A program made the translations under genes and the position numbers. DNA of 32,000 nucleotides from Acaryochloris marina S15 (GTDB lineage Bacteria > Cyanobacteriota > Cyanobacteriia > Thermosynechococcales > Thermosynechococcaceae), in NCBI RefSeq assembly GCF_018336915.1, contig NZ_CP064923.1:780001-812000 (forward strand), written 5' to 3'. The notes below the pieces were generated by a model. It ran no database searches. It saw nothing but the letters and a program-made list of their open reading frames with translations, and was not told where the DNA came from. Shown here one piece after another: positions 18,965-28,019 of this stretch (its first letter is position 1; every line of letters begins with the position of its first letter).

Positions 18965-21493
18965 CTAGAATTCAGTGCCTTCCACTCTGAATCGCTCCAC
19001 TGAAGACTGAAGTTCACTAGCAACACTCACCATACCTCTCAGAGAATCAGACACTCGTTGAGCTTCTTGTGAAGTTTCTTGGGCAGTTAATTCCACCGAC
19101 TGCATCACTTGAGATACATAGCGGGAGGTTTCGGTTTGCTCAGCAGTCGCTTTGGTAATCGAACCCACCAACTGATTAATTTGTGATGAGACTTGAATAA
19201 TGTCGTCCAACGAACGCTTGGCTTGCTCCGCCCGTTGGGTTCCTTCGATAACTTGTTGGGTTCCTTCTTCCATGGCCATCATCACAGAGCTTGTTTCACC
19301 TTGAATTTGCAAAACAATTTGCTCAATTTCTTTGGATGATTTGGCAGCCCGATCGGCTAGTTGACGGACTTCATCCGCAACAACTGCAAAACCACGACCC
19401 GATTCACCTGCACGAGCCGCCTCAATACTAGCGTTCAAGGCCAGTAGGTTTGTGCGGGAGGCAATTTGTGAAATTAATCCAACAATTTTAGAAATTTCTT
19501 GGGAAGATTCAGCAAGACGCTTCACTTTTCGGGTACTTTCAGCCACTGTTTCTCTAATCTGGAGAATACCAGCCACTGTACTTTCTACAGATTCCCCACC
19601 CTTCAGCGCAGCTTCAGTCGCCTTTTGAGCCACCTGGTCTGCAGAACGAGCACTTTCTGCAACCTGCTGAATAGAGGAGGTCATCATTTGCACAGAATTT
19701 AGCGAGACTGCCAACTCTTCAGCTTGCCGTAATGCATCAGAAGATAAGCCCCGGGCAAATTCTTCGTTTTCAGCTGCCCCTTTATTCACTTCCTGGGCCG
19801 CTACTTTAACCTGTTTAACAATCTTTTGCAGGTTATAAATGGTGAGGTTAAAAGAGTCAGCAACCGCTCCTAAAATATCGGCAGTTACTTCTGCTTGAAC
19901 CGTCAGGTCTCCACGAGCGGCCCCTTCTACATCATCCAGCAGACGAATCACTTGTCGCTGTAGGTCTTCTTTGGCCTTTTCCTGTTCTTCTGCTTTGCGC
20001 TGTACTTCAGCAGTGGTTGACTCAATAAAACGAGTCATTTGGTTAAAACTGGTGGCTAACTGACCAAATTCATCTTTAGAAAACTCAGTGGCCCGAACAC
20101 TCCAATCGCCTTGGGCAACGGCAGTCAATTGAGTTTGCAAATCATTCGTTGAAGACTTGATTTGCCGGGTCATAATTTGTCCGAGGGCTAGGGTTGTCAC
20201 ACCACCCGCCACACCAGCTGCCAGTGCTCCCGCTCCTGTCGTGGCCATAGATTGAGAGCTGAGTTGGCCTGCCCCTACAACCGCTAACGCCGAAACGACT
20301 CCAGCAGTTGTCGACATAATAATTTGCTTTTGCTGCAATGAGGCATTAGAAAAAGGAGCTAAAATTCCCCCAGGCTTTTTGGACAGGGCAGCCCCTTGGC
20401 CATCAGGGAAGAAGGCGCTCCCATCCTGGGACTCTCCTAAAAATCCTGACTGTGATGACGCGGCCAAGTCGGACGAAGGAGGTAGATCATCAATGGCTAA
20501 CGCTTGCGCATTCTCCGCTACATTGATTAATCCCGTATCTCCAATCAAATCCTGTTCATCTTCAGCCAAGTTCAGCAAACTGGGATCAAGATCAAACTCG
20601 GTTGCTGGATCAAAGGTGTCGATTTCCGCATTCCCTTCGAAACCATCCATAGATAGTTCTTCAGATAAATCAATCCCAGACATGGGGAACTCAGTTTGAT
20701 CGATTGAATCTGAGAAATCTAAGTCTGCAGATTGCGTTGTATTCTCCCCTGCCAAATCAAAGGGCTCATCCCAAGCGTCAGCATCAGTATGGGAGGACTG
20801 TATGGTATTGTCTACACCACTAATATCAGTAAATTCACTTTGAATAGCATCGCTTTCGGAATCGCTGAAAATACCGGACGGCCGAGTATCGGAACTTTCT
20901 GAGTCGGATGTTGAATGGTTTTTGTTCATGAGTAACGTATCGTCTTCTCCATCAGCAAAACTATCCGAAACCAACGGCTGTCTGTTAGTGTTCCCAGAAA
21001 CCAGAGGAGCGGACACATAATCATCAAAGGGGTTTGAATTGACTGCAAATGGATTGTCATCTGCAGTTGAAGACTCACCATCAGAATTTGTCTGAAGTGA
21101 GGATGAGGGTTGGGTAACTACTGGTTCACCCAATGGCGACTCATTTCCATTCGTCATGGTCAAAGCAGCACTGTTGTTATCGATAGAGGGCATCGACTCA
21201 GAATAGCCATAGCCCGATTCAAGGTATCGAGTTGAATCCGCCAAACTGTTGCGAGCACAATCAAGCAACTCTGGATCATGAGTCAACTCTAATACAGACT
21301 TATATTGTTGGTTCGCAATTTCGTATTTTTGAAGACAACTATATATATGTCCTCGGAGTAATCGCAGATTTGGATCGTCAGGATACTCTTTTACTAACTG
21401 GTCTGTCGTTTCGGCAGCTTCCTGGTAGTGACCTTTCATATAGTCACTTACTGCTTGTTGATAGTCCTGAGTATATCGAGTACTTAATGACAT
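18965..21493 (-). CDS. Methyl-accepting chemotaxis protein with N-terminal TPR and a long acidic linker (HmpD/PilJ-like)
   Basis: 842 aa. TPR-like residues 1-90, an acidic Ser/Asp-rich region ~95-385, two adjacent hydrophobic segments (~391-441), a HAMP-like region, and an MA domain with the conserved hairpin [37 protein letters not shown]. Confidence 0.9.
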   Translation of the reverse strand: MSLSTRYTQDYQQAVSDYMKGHYQEAAETTDQLVKEYPDDPNLRLLRGHIYSCLQKYEIANQQYKSVLELTHDPELLDCARNSLADSTRYLESGYGYSESMPSIDNNSAALTMTNGNESPLGEPVVTQPSSSLQTNSDGESSTADDNPFAVNSNPFDDYVSAPLVSGNTNRQPLVSDSFADGEDDTLLMNKNHSTSDSESSDTRPSGIFSDSESDAIQSEFTDISGVDNTIQSSHTDADAWDEPFDLAGENTTQSADLDFSDSIDQTEFPMSGIDLSEELSMDGFEGNAEIDTFDPATEFDLDPSLLNLAEDEQDLIGDTGLINVAENAQALAIDDLPPSSDLAASSQSGFLGESQDGSAFFPDGQGAALSKKPGGILAPFSNASLQQKQIIMSTTAGVVSALAVVGAGQLSSQSMATTGAGALAAGVAGGVTTLALGQIMTRQIKSSTNDLQTQLTAVAQGDWSVRATEFSKDEFGQLATSFNQMTRFIESTTAEVQRKAEEQEKAKEDLQRQVIRLLDDVEGAARGDLTVQAEVTADILGAVADSFNLTIYNLQKIVKQVKVAAQEVNKGAAENEEFARGLSSDALRQAEELAVSLNSVQMMTSSIQQVAESARSADQVAQKATEAALKGGESVESTVAGILQIRETVAESTRKVKRLAESSQEISKIVGLISQIASRTNLLALNASIEAARAGESGRGFAVVADEVRQLADRAAKSSKEIEQIVLQIQGETSSVMMAMEEGTQQVIEGTQRAEQAKRSLDDIIQVSSQINQLVGSITKATAEQTETSRYVSQVMQSVELTAQETSQEAQRVSDSLRGMVSVASELQSSVERFRVEGTEF

Positions 21494-21686
21494 CTGTCTG
21501 CTCCTGCCACTGGATGAGTCGAAATGCTAACTGAAGCGAATAATCTGCGGGAATTTATGATAGAGAATGTTTAAAAACTACCTGAGATGAATTAAACCAC
21601 TAAGATTGAACAAAACTAAGGAATGATGTTGAAGAATATCCTCTAGACCTGCCAAGTTTAGTCATTTCCCTTACATCTTCATGGGG

Positions 21687-22214
21687 TTAAGTCGCCCACC
21701 GGGCTGATCTCAAAATTGCTTCTGGATCCAACAATCGTAAATATTGTTCGGACTCATTGAGTATCCATTCTCCTTTCAAGAAAGGAGCCATATTGTCTGG
21801 CGCACTGAGAGATGGACTCAGCCTGTCAGCATCTAGCCAATCCATATCCATCACCTTGTCAACAGCCAAACCAACGGTAATTTCTTGGGATTCGATCGCA
21901 ATGATCGATATTTCCTGGCAATCTGTATCTAAGGGTTTAGGATGACCTAAGAACTGACCAATATCTGTTACCCAAACAACTTGACCTCGCAGATTCAAGA
22001 CGCCCATCAGCACAGGAGATACATTGGGAATCGGTGTAATCTGATCTGGCGCTAACGCCAGCACTTCCCGAATGCCTTGGGCTGGTAATGCAAATTCTTG
22101 GCCTGACTCTATGAAGAATCTTAAGAATAAGTCTCCTTCAGGATTTTGTAATTCCTGCAGATTGGAGAGCTGATTAGTATCTGTATCTGCAACAATATCT
22201 TGGTGACTGACCAT
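21687..22214 (-). CDS. CheW-like coupling protein (HmpC/PilI-like)
   Basis: 175 aa. CheW domain pattern FLRFFIESGQEFALPAQGIREVL ... PNVSPVLMGVLNLRGQVVWVTDIGQFLG. It starts 6 nt downstream of the receiver gene. Confidence 0.85.
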   Translation of the reverse strand: MVSHQDIVADTDTNQLSNLQELQNPEGDLFLRFFIESGQEFALPAQGIREVLALAPDQITPIPNVSPVLMGVLNLRGQVVWVTDIGQFLGHPKPLDTDCQEISIIAIESQEITVGLAVDKVMDMDWLDADRLSPSLSAPDNMAPFLKGEWILNESEQYLRLLDPEAILRSARWAT

Positions 22215-22220
22215 AAGGAC

Positions 22221-22586
22221 CTAACCTTCTAGTAATTGCCTAACTATGACTAGTAATTCTCGCGGTTGTATCGGCTTGGTCAGATAAGCATCTGCCCCTT
22301 GTTTCATCCCCCAGTACCGATCAAAGTCTTCTGTTTTTGAGGAACAAATTACAACTGGTACATTTTGAGTTGTTGGGTTAGACTTTATTTCGCGACAAAC
22401 CTCATACCCATTTTTTCGAGGCATGACGATATCTAGGACCACAATATCAGGTTGCGTTGATTGGATTTGCTCAAGCGCTTCTACTCCGTCTGTTGCGATC
22501 AAAACCGTGAGTCCCATGTCTTCGAGAGCATTGCTCATGAGTTGTCGCTGTGTAATACTGTCATCAACTACTAAAACTTTTTGCAT
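22221..22586 (-). CDS. Single-domain CheY-like response regulator (HmpB/PilH-like)
   Basis: 121 aa. VLVVDDS, IVVLDIVMP (phospho-Asp), VVICSSK and DAYLTKP. FDRYWGMKQGADAYLTKP is typical of cyanobacterial PilH/PixH-type receivers. Confidence 0.85.
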   Translation of the reverse strand: MQKVLVVDDSITQRQLMSNALEDMGLTVLIATDGVEALEQIQSTQPDIVVLDIVMPRKNGYEVCREIKSNPTTQNVPVVICSSKTEDFDRYWGMKQGADAYLTKPIQPRELLVIVRQLLEG

Positions 22587-22955
22587 TTATTGCTACCTGA
22601 CATCTTCGCTAGGGCTACTCACATTTAAGTATTGGCTGCTACGGTAAAGGTGAAAGTAGTCCGAGTAATTTGACAAATGGTATTAGTCATTTACCTGAGT
22701 AGACTAGCTTCAAACAGAACAGCCAAGAACGAAGTTATTGAGGGTGATTTCCCCTGCGAACTTAGGATACCCTCCCCTAACATACAATTTGCCAATCTAT
22801 GAATTGTTTTGTTCTAGGGAAAGGATCAATTCCTTAGGAGTAAAAAGACTTACTCTATGCATGCAAAGAAGAGCGGCCCTTTTGGGAACTATTGACTTGG
22901 GAAGAACTGTGTTCCCTTGTATAGTTGAGCATGTCTTTTGCTGAGAGTGTTGGCT

Positions 22956-23006
22956 TAAATCTTGAAGTTAGCTAATCTTGAGGGGAAGTTAAGCTTAATG
23001 CTTGAA
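22956..23006. repeat. Imperfect tandem repeat (~2.5 units of 17-22 nt) in the divergent hmp intergenic region
   Basis: Read directly: taaatcttgaagttagc / taatcttgaggggaagttaagc / ttaatgcttgaaaa. The AATCTTGARG cores lie at 22958-22967 and 22974-22983. Confidence 0.45.
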
Positions 23007-23142
23007 AAACCCTATTGGGTCAAAAGCGAAGCTTTTATACTGAATAGGAGTTGAATGAAGTTCAATCGATCGCTAAATTTAGAAAGCTGAACTTTGGATA
23101 TTGACTGGGCTCAGATGCAAGTAGAAATTGAGGGTGATAAGT

Positions 23143-24807
23143 GTGCTGTATCTCGCTGAAGTGCACAAGAAGACTGGCTTTATGGGTGCCAAAACAGAGC
23201 TGAAGCTTTTAGCCCAAAAGCAATCTGAGCATAACTGGAGTCCCATCTCTGGCGAAGAACTGCTCCAAGCAGATGCTGCGAATGACTACAACGCAGGCGT
23301 CCTTGTCTTGGTTGAGATGGATGGCAATCAGCAGCTTAAAAGTATTCAAGATGCCACAAGACAGCTAGTTGGCATCTTAAAAAGCTTTTCTCGCATGCGT
23401 GAGAAATTCAAAACCCAGGAAGAAGAGATTGAAGGGTGGAAGCAATCCTTAATCTACCAAAGTCAAGAACTCACTCGGCGTGAAGTGGATATGGAAGCCC
23501 GAGCTGAGGAAATACAAGAATGGGATGCTGAATCTCAAAAAATCGAGCAACAACGCCAAGAATTTGAAGCTACTCGCACCCAAATCCTGCAGCTAAAAGA
23601 GCAGATGGAGCTAGATCGCCAGCAGTTAGAGGAAGGCTGGGGACGGTTGCAGAATGCTCAAAATGAGGCACAGGCAGGTCTGTCTGATGAACAAGTACGG
23701 CAGATAGAGCAATTGTTGGAGCAATTGGATCAATCTCTTGCTAATGGGACATCCAATCCGGATCATGTTTTAGCGAGTATCAATCAACATCCCCAGATAC
23801 AGGAAGCTTGGCAAACCCTTGATCAGGATCGCTCTCATGCTCAACAACAACAAGCGACGCTTGATCAACAACAGTCTGAGTTGCAATCTGTCTGGCAGGA
23901 ATGGCAACAAACCGAAGATTCTTTGGCACAAACCAAATTAGAACTCAAGGTGCAAGAGCAGTCGTTCACCTTGAAAGAAGAACAGAAAAGTTGGTTAAGC
24001 GAACAGCTACAAGTCCAAAGCAATCTCTATGAGAATCTCACTCAGATGCAGGGGGCTGCTGGTGAGCAGGCTGATGTGCAAAGGCTCCGGGATATGCCGT
24101 TAGAGGAGCTGGAAACCACGGTAGAGAAGCTCAATACAGAATTGGTTAAACTTTCTAGTTTTGTTAATGATCAGGAAGAAGAACTGAAATACCAACAAGA
24201 AGCGATTGATGAGTTGGAAGCAAAAATTCAAAATGCCAGCGAGTATGATCAATTAAGCTTGACCGGTGAGGTGGAGGATGAGCGACAGCATTTCCGTTTA
24301 CTGGATGAGACCTTAGAGGGTCAGCGCAAAACCCTGAAAGAGCGTGAAGCCATTCTCTATTTTCATCAAGACATTTTGTATCAGCGGAAGCGATCGCAAC
24401 AGAACAAATTTCATCAATCAGCTACGTTAGATCTTGCACCTATCGTAGAATTAGCAAAAGCTGAGCAGGAAAAGCAACAGCAATCGCTAGAGAGATTAAA
24501 CCATGAACTCAGTGACCTAGAGGCTTCTCTGCAAGTCACTCGAAATACAATAGAGACGACGTCTACAGAACAAGACAATAAGCGCAATGCTTTGAAACAA
24601 CAAGAACACGAGCTAGAAAACCAAAAAACGGCCTTGGCCGAGTTGTGGGGGAAAGTCAAAACTTCTGAGAGCTTATTACAACCGATTCAAGATGTTGTAG
24701 AGAGCCTAAAGGGTCAAGCAGGAGCAGAAGGGCAGCAAGACAACCCAGCATTCTCCACCTTAAATGAACTGAAGCAAGTTTTTATGGCTATTGGTCAAGG
24801 TAGCTAG
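23143..24807 (+). CDS. hmpF: Coiled-coil pilus-motility/taxis protein HmpF-like
   Basis: The N-terminus (V/M)LYLAEVHKKTGFMGAKTELKLLAQKQSEHNWSPISGEE matches my recollection of the HmpF-family N-terminus (MLYLAEV...). About 450 aa of Gln/Glu-rich heptad-like coiled coil follow. It is divergent from the CheY-CheW-MCP-CheA operon, as hmpF is in Nostoc. My preferred start is GTG 23143, with GAGG (23130-23133) 9 nt upstream. The ORF track starts at TTG 23128. Confidence 0.7.
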   Translation: MLYLAEVHKKTGFMGAKTELKLLAQKQSEHNWSPISGEELLQADAANDYNAGVLVLVEMDGNQQLKSIQDATRQLVGILKSFSRMREKFKTQEEEIEGWKQSLIYQSQELTRREVDMEARAEEIQEWDAESQKIEQQRQEFEATRTQILQLKEQMELDRQQLEEGWGRLQNAQNEAQAGLSDEQVRQIEQLLEQLDQSLANGTSNPDHVLASINQHPQIQEAWQTLDQDRSHAQQQQATLDQQQSELQSVWQEWQQTEDSLAQTKLELKVQEQSFTLKEEQKSWLSEQLQVQSNLYENLTQMQGAAGEQADVQRLRDMPLEELETTVEKLNTELVKLSSFVNDQEEELKYQQEAIDELEAKIQNASEYDQLSLTGEVEDERQHFRLLDETLEGQRKTLKEREAILYFHQDILYQRKRSQQNKFHQSATLDLAPIVELAKAEQEKQQQSLERLNHELSDLEASLQVTRNTIETTSTEQDNKRNALKQQEHELENQKTALAELWGKVKTSESLLQPIQDVVESLKGQAGAEGQQDNPAFSTLNELKQVFMAIGQGS

Positions 24808-24871
24808 AGTGGCTGCTAATGCTGTTGTTGTACGGCTCCTAATCCGTCGTCTAGGCAAATTCTCTAAATAC

Positions 24872-25576
24872 TTAAGGTGACTGCAACAACTCATCTAGTT
24901 TCGCCCGAACGGCCTGGATATCTTGCCACATTAACCACTTGGGTCTGCCAGGTTCAGGGGAGGGATTTCTAAGGAGGTAGGCAGGATGCAAGATGGGCAT
25001 GCACAAATAGTCTTGCCATGGTAACCATTGCCCACGGATTTTGGTAATGCCCCGTTTATCTCCTGTAAGCCCCCGGACTGCAGTTGCGCCTGTCAGCAAG
25101 ATGATCTTGGGATTCACTAGGCGAATCTGCTCTAGTAGATAGGGTTTACAAGCGGCTGACTCATCTGGCGTTGGGGTTCGATTGCCTGGCGGTCGGCATT
25201 TAACAATATTGCAAATATAAACATCTTGTTGCGAGTCGAGTTTGACTGAGGCCAAGATTTTGTCTAATAATTGCCCAGCTCGGCCCACAAAAGGTAATCC
25301 AGTTTCATCTTCATGTTGACCAGGTCCTTCTCCAATGATCAGAATGGGCGCTTGTGGATTACCCCGACTCACCACGACATGGGTACGGCTGGGTGCCAAA
25401 TCACACCGTTGGCACTGTTGACAATGAGTCGTTAATTCTGGCAGGTTTTGATAAAACCCTTTGGGGATAGGAACCTGTGGACTAGTAGAGATTTCTTCAT
25501 GGGTCACAGTCACCGTTTCTGATTTGGTTTCGGCACCCTGCCAATCAAATAAACTGATTTGTTCTCCGTCAGGCAT
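24872..25576 (-). CDS. Uracil-DNA glycosylase, family 4
   Basis: Cys cluster CQQCQRCDL, motif A GEGPG, FVGRAG, NIVKCRPPGNR and motif B HPAYLLR. My preferred start is ATG at 25576 (MPDGEQ...); the ORF-track TTG is at 25588. Confidence 0.9.
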   Translation of the reverse strand: MPDGEQISLFDWQGAETKSETVTVTHEEISTSPQVPIPKGFYQNLPELTTHCQQCQRCDLAPSRTHVVVSRGNPQAPILIIGEGPGQHEDETGLPFVGRAGQLLDKILASVKLDSQQDVYICNIVKCRPPGNRTPTPDESAACKPYLLEQIRLVNPKIILLTGATAVRGLTGDKRGITKIRGQWLPWQDYLCMPILHPAYLLRNPSPEPGRPKWLMWQDIQAVRAKLDELLQSP

Positions 25577-25667
25577 GAAACCTCTCAATATTAGGGGCGA
25601 TATCTCTGCAAAAAATGGGGAGACTTGGGACTGTGATTAAGGCATGGGTGGGGTGGATGACCCCACG

Positions 25668-26213
25668 CTATTTTAAATCTAATAACCCCGTCTCTTTTAA
25701 CTTAGGGTTAAACCGCAGAGGCTCTTGTACGCCACGCTGGTTGAGGATCTCCATGATTTCAGCTTCTAGGCGACGGGCCGCATTTTTTAGGACTTTGAGT
25801 TGGCTGCGCTCGTCTAGGGCCGGGTCTTGATGTTGGGCCTGTTCTTCATCGGTCATGGCAGCTTTGACATCAATTGCCTGTTCCCACTTGCTTTGATCGG
25901 CTTGGTTACCAGGTACTGGTGCACCATTGCCCTGAATCCACGTACTCCGTATCTCTTCCAGTAGGGTCCGATTCGGGCGGTCAATCGATTGGACTTTCAG
26001 CCAATAGCATAAACGAGGTTGACGGATTAAATGTTGTTTGAGACTGAGAAAGGTATCCCGTGAATACCCCACATATTGGAGGGTTTTATCTTCCCCAAAG
26101 ATGGCATAGACACCGATTTTGCCTGAAAATTGTTGGGGAAGCATCCCGTCGGCATCAAGATAAGGGATCGCTTTCAGGTCGGCGAGAGGGGTAACAAGAT
26201 TCTCTACAGACAT
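25668..26213 (-). CDS. GIY-YIG-like domain protein with an acidic/helical C-terminal tail
   Basis: GVYAIFGEDKTLQYVGYSRDTFLSLKQH has GIY-x10-YIG spacing (compare I-TevI GIYQIKNTLNNKVYVGSAKDFEKRWKRH). LLEEIRSTWIQ parallels I-TevI IIERENFWIK (catalytic Glu region). Start is ATG 26213; the ORF-track TTG is at 26219. Confidence 0.6.
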   Translation of the reverse strand: MSVENLVTPLADLKAIPYLDADGMLPQQFSGKIGVYAIFGEDKTLQYVGYSRDTFLSLKQHLIRQPRLCYWLKVQSIDRPNRTLLEEIRSTWIQGNGAPVPGNQADQSKWEQAIDVKAAMTDEEQAQHQDPALDERSQLKVLKNAARRLEAEIMEILNQRGVQEPLRFNPKLKETGLLDLK

Positions 26214-26296
26214 AACCAAATTTCGATAAGACTCACTCCATCAATGGGGGGATATCCTGCCAAACTCAGGGAAGTCTCCCAGTTCTGGAGCCATTC

Positions 26297-27766
26297 CTAG
26301 TATGCAGTACTATCCGTCCCTAACGGTAAAAAGATTGTCAAGACTTCACCTTGCTGTTGATTTTGACGGACGGTGAGTTTTCCACCCAAAATTTCGAAGA
26401 GTTGTTTGGTGACGGGTAAGCTCAAGCTCAAGTTGCCGGTTTCGGGTTGCAGCATTAATAAATCACCAATAGCTTTGAGCATGGGCAAATCAGCCCCTGA
26501 GCCTGGATTTGTCATGGTTTGATCAGAGCGCAGCTCTAGTTTGAGCTGATCGCCTGCTAAGGCAATTTGCAACTGCATTTGACTGCCTATTGGCAAACGA
26601 TGACTGAGTTGTTCTATTAAGCCTGTTAGAACCTGCTCCAACATGTTGGGATCACTAATTGCGATCGCAGGCAGTTGCGCCGGCATGTCCAACTCAAAAG
26701 AGAGACTGCGCCGATCGGCCTGTTTTTGCCAGCGAGGGACATTCGTTGTTAAAACCTCCTGGACCGAAATAGACATGAGCTGAACCGTAGGCGTTGTCTC
26801 CGCAGTGGTAAGCTCCATCGCCCTAAAAATTAAGCTGAAGCGATCAATTTGCTCATGACATTCCCGCCGGATCGATTCTAATCGTTTCAAGACTTCTGCC
26901 GGTAAATCAGAGCGTTTCAGCAGTAGCTGTGTAAAGGTTTGAATGGTGGCCAGAGGCGTCCGCACTTCATGGGCTAATGCTTTTAATAAGTCGACTTCTG
27001 GGCATTTGTGATCCGGAGACACCTGACGCTTATCTGATTGTTCGGTAGCCTTCATCTCAGATAAGTGAGAAGAGCGTTGCGGCGAGAGTTCAGGCAAGAG
27101 CGTCGAGACTTGCCGATAATTTTGCAGCAGTTGACGACTAAATTGCAGCGGAATTCGATAGTGGGGCTCAACAACTGGCCATTGTTGCAAGAGGCCATCA
27201 AACTCTGCCAATTGATGGGGACGCGTGAGTTGGATACGCGATCGCACACTCTGCAGCACCTGCTGTACTGTTTCTGGGATAAAGGAGAATTGGAAGCATG
27301 CTCCCTGGGCAGTCGTAGAATTCAAAGTCGCGACCCAACAAAAGGAAGCCGTCAGCACTAAGCAAAATCGCTCTGCTAATTGAGGATCTGCAGGGAGTAA
27401 TGGGATAGTCTGAGCAGACTGAGGGGGCACTTCAGAATGCGTTCGATCACAGGGGGGCAATTGGAATGCAGTGCCATTCGTTGGAATTAAAGCCCAGGTA
27501 TGGAAATTTGCAAATAAGCCTAAATCACTCAAAAGGGGAGTTGGCCCCGTTAGGATCAAGCCTCGCATCCTGGCAGGAATGGTCTGATGGGTACTAGATT
27601 GGCTGATGTTTTTTTCTTGAGTCGCCAGCAACATCGATAAGAGCGTGCCAATCGCAGCATGCCATTCAGTTTCTCCCTGATTGGATTGAGGTTCAGACCA
27701 CCAATCCAATGCCGGTTCACTCTCCCTGAATCCCTCGCTAATTGTTGGCAAGACCCACGCGTTCAC
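26297..27766 (-). CDS. Histidine-kinase-like protein with a HisKA H-box and a degenerate HATPase-like C-terminus
   Basis: 489 aa with GTG start. The H-box LKALAHEVRTPLATIQTF is canonical. The C-terminal domain aligns to HATPase_c by eye but lacks the N-box Asn, the G1 Asp and the G2 glycines (see finding). The N-terminal ~250 aa are soluble and I cannot assign a domain. Confidence 0.75.
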   Translation of the reverse strand: MNAWVLPTISEGFRESEPALDWWSEPQSNQGETEWHAAIGTLLSMLLATQEKNISQSSTHQTIPARMRGLILTGPTPLLSDLGLFANFHTWALIPTNGTAFQLPPCDRTHSEVPPQSAQTIPLLPADPQLAERFCLVLTASFCWVATLNSTTAQGACFQFSFIPETVQQVLQSVRSRIQLTRPHQLAEFDGLLQQWPVVEPHYRIPLQFSRQLLQNYRQVSTLLPELSPQRSSHLSEMKATEQSDKRQVSPDHKCPEVDLLKALAHEVRTPLATIQTFTQLLLKRSDLPAEVLKRLESIRRECHEQIDRFSLIFRAMELTTAETTPTVQLMSISVQEVLTTNVPRWQKQADRRSLSFELDMPAQLPAIAISDPNMLEQVLTGLIEQLSHRLPIGSQMQLQIALAGDQLKLELRSDQTMTNPGSGADLPMLKAIGDLLMLQPETGNLSLSLPVTKQLFEILGGKLTVRQNQQQGEVLTIFLPLGTDSTAY

Positions 27767-28019
27767 CCTTAGAATTGCCTCCCATATCAGTTCACTGGCT
27801 GAGATATTTCTAACGCTTCTTTGACGATAGCGATTCTACCTCCACTCCCCCAGGTGTAGAACCGAACGTTTTTGGCGAAATGCCCCTGCTCTTTTGTTTC
27901 GAATTTTACTGGAATTATGACCTCCCTTCACTGCAACAACCTGAGGCCATCAATAGCGTTAAGATAGTTAAACCTAATCCCCTATGATTGGATTAGAGCC
28001 GCGATATTAAGGTGCATCC

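Noticed and set aside
20379-20699. 106-aa ORF antisense to the MCP acidic region (also 19499-19702 and 21232-21534)
   Set aside because: This is an antisense low-complexity translation; the MCP frame is strongly supported by its MA domain.
22738-22944. 68-aa ORF in the CheY/hmpF intergenic region, starting MRVIS like the ORF-track version of hmpF
   Set aside because: The shared MRVIS simply reflects the repeated 12-mer ATTGAGGGTGAT. The ORF has a TTG start, no separate SD, a Cys/Leu/Arg-rich composition and no motifs. I treat the repeat as a DNA-level feature instead.
14847-24389. A 9.5-kb stretch without HIP1 covering the motility operon, as a hint of foreign origin
   Set aside because: At about one copy per 3.5 kb, a gap of this size is not statistically compelling. 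The gene content is typical of cyanobacteria, and I noticed no compositional break by eye.
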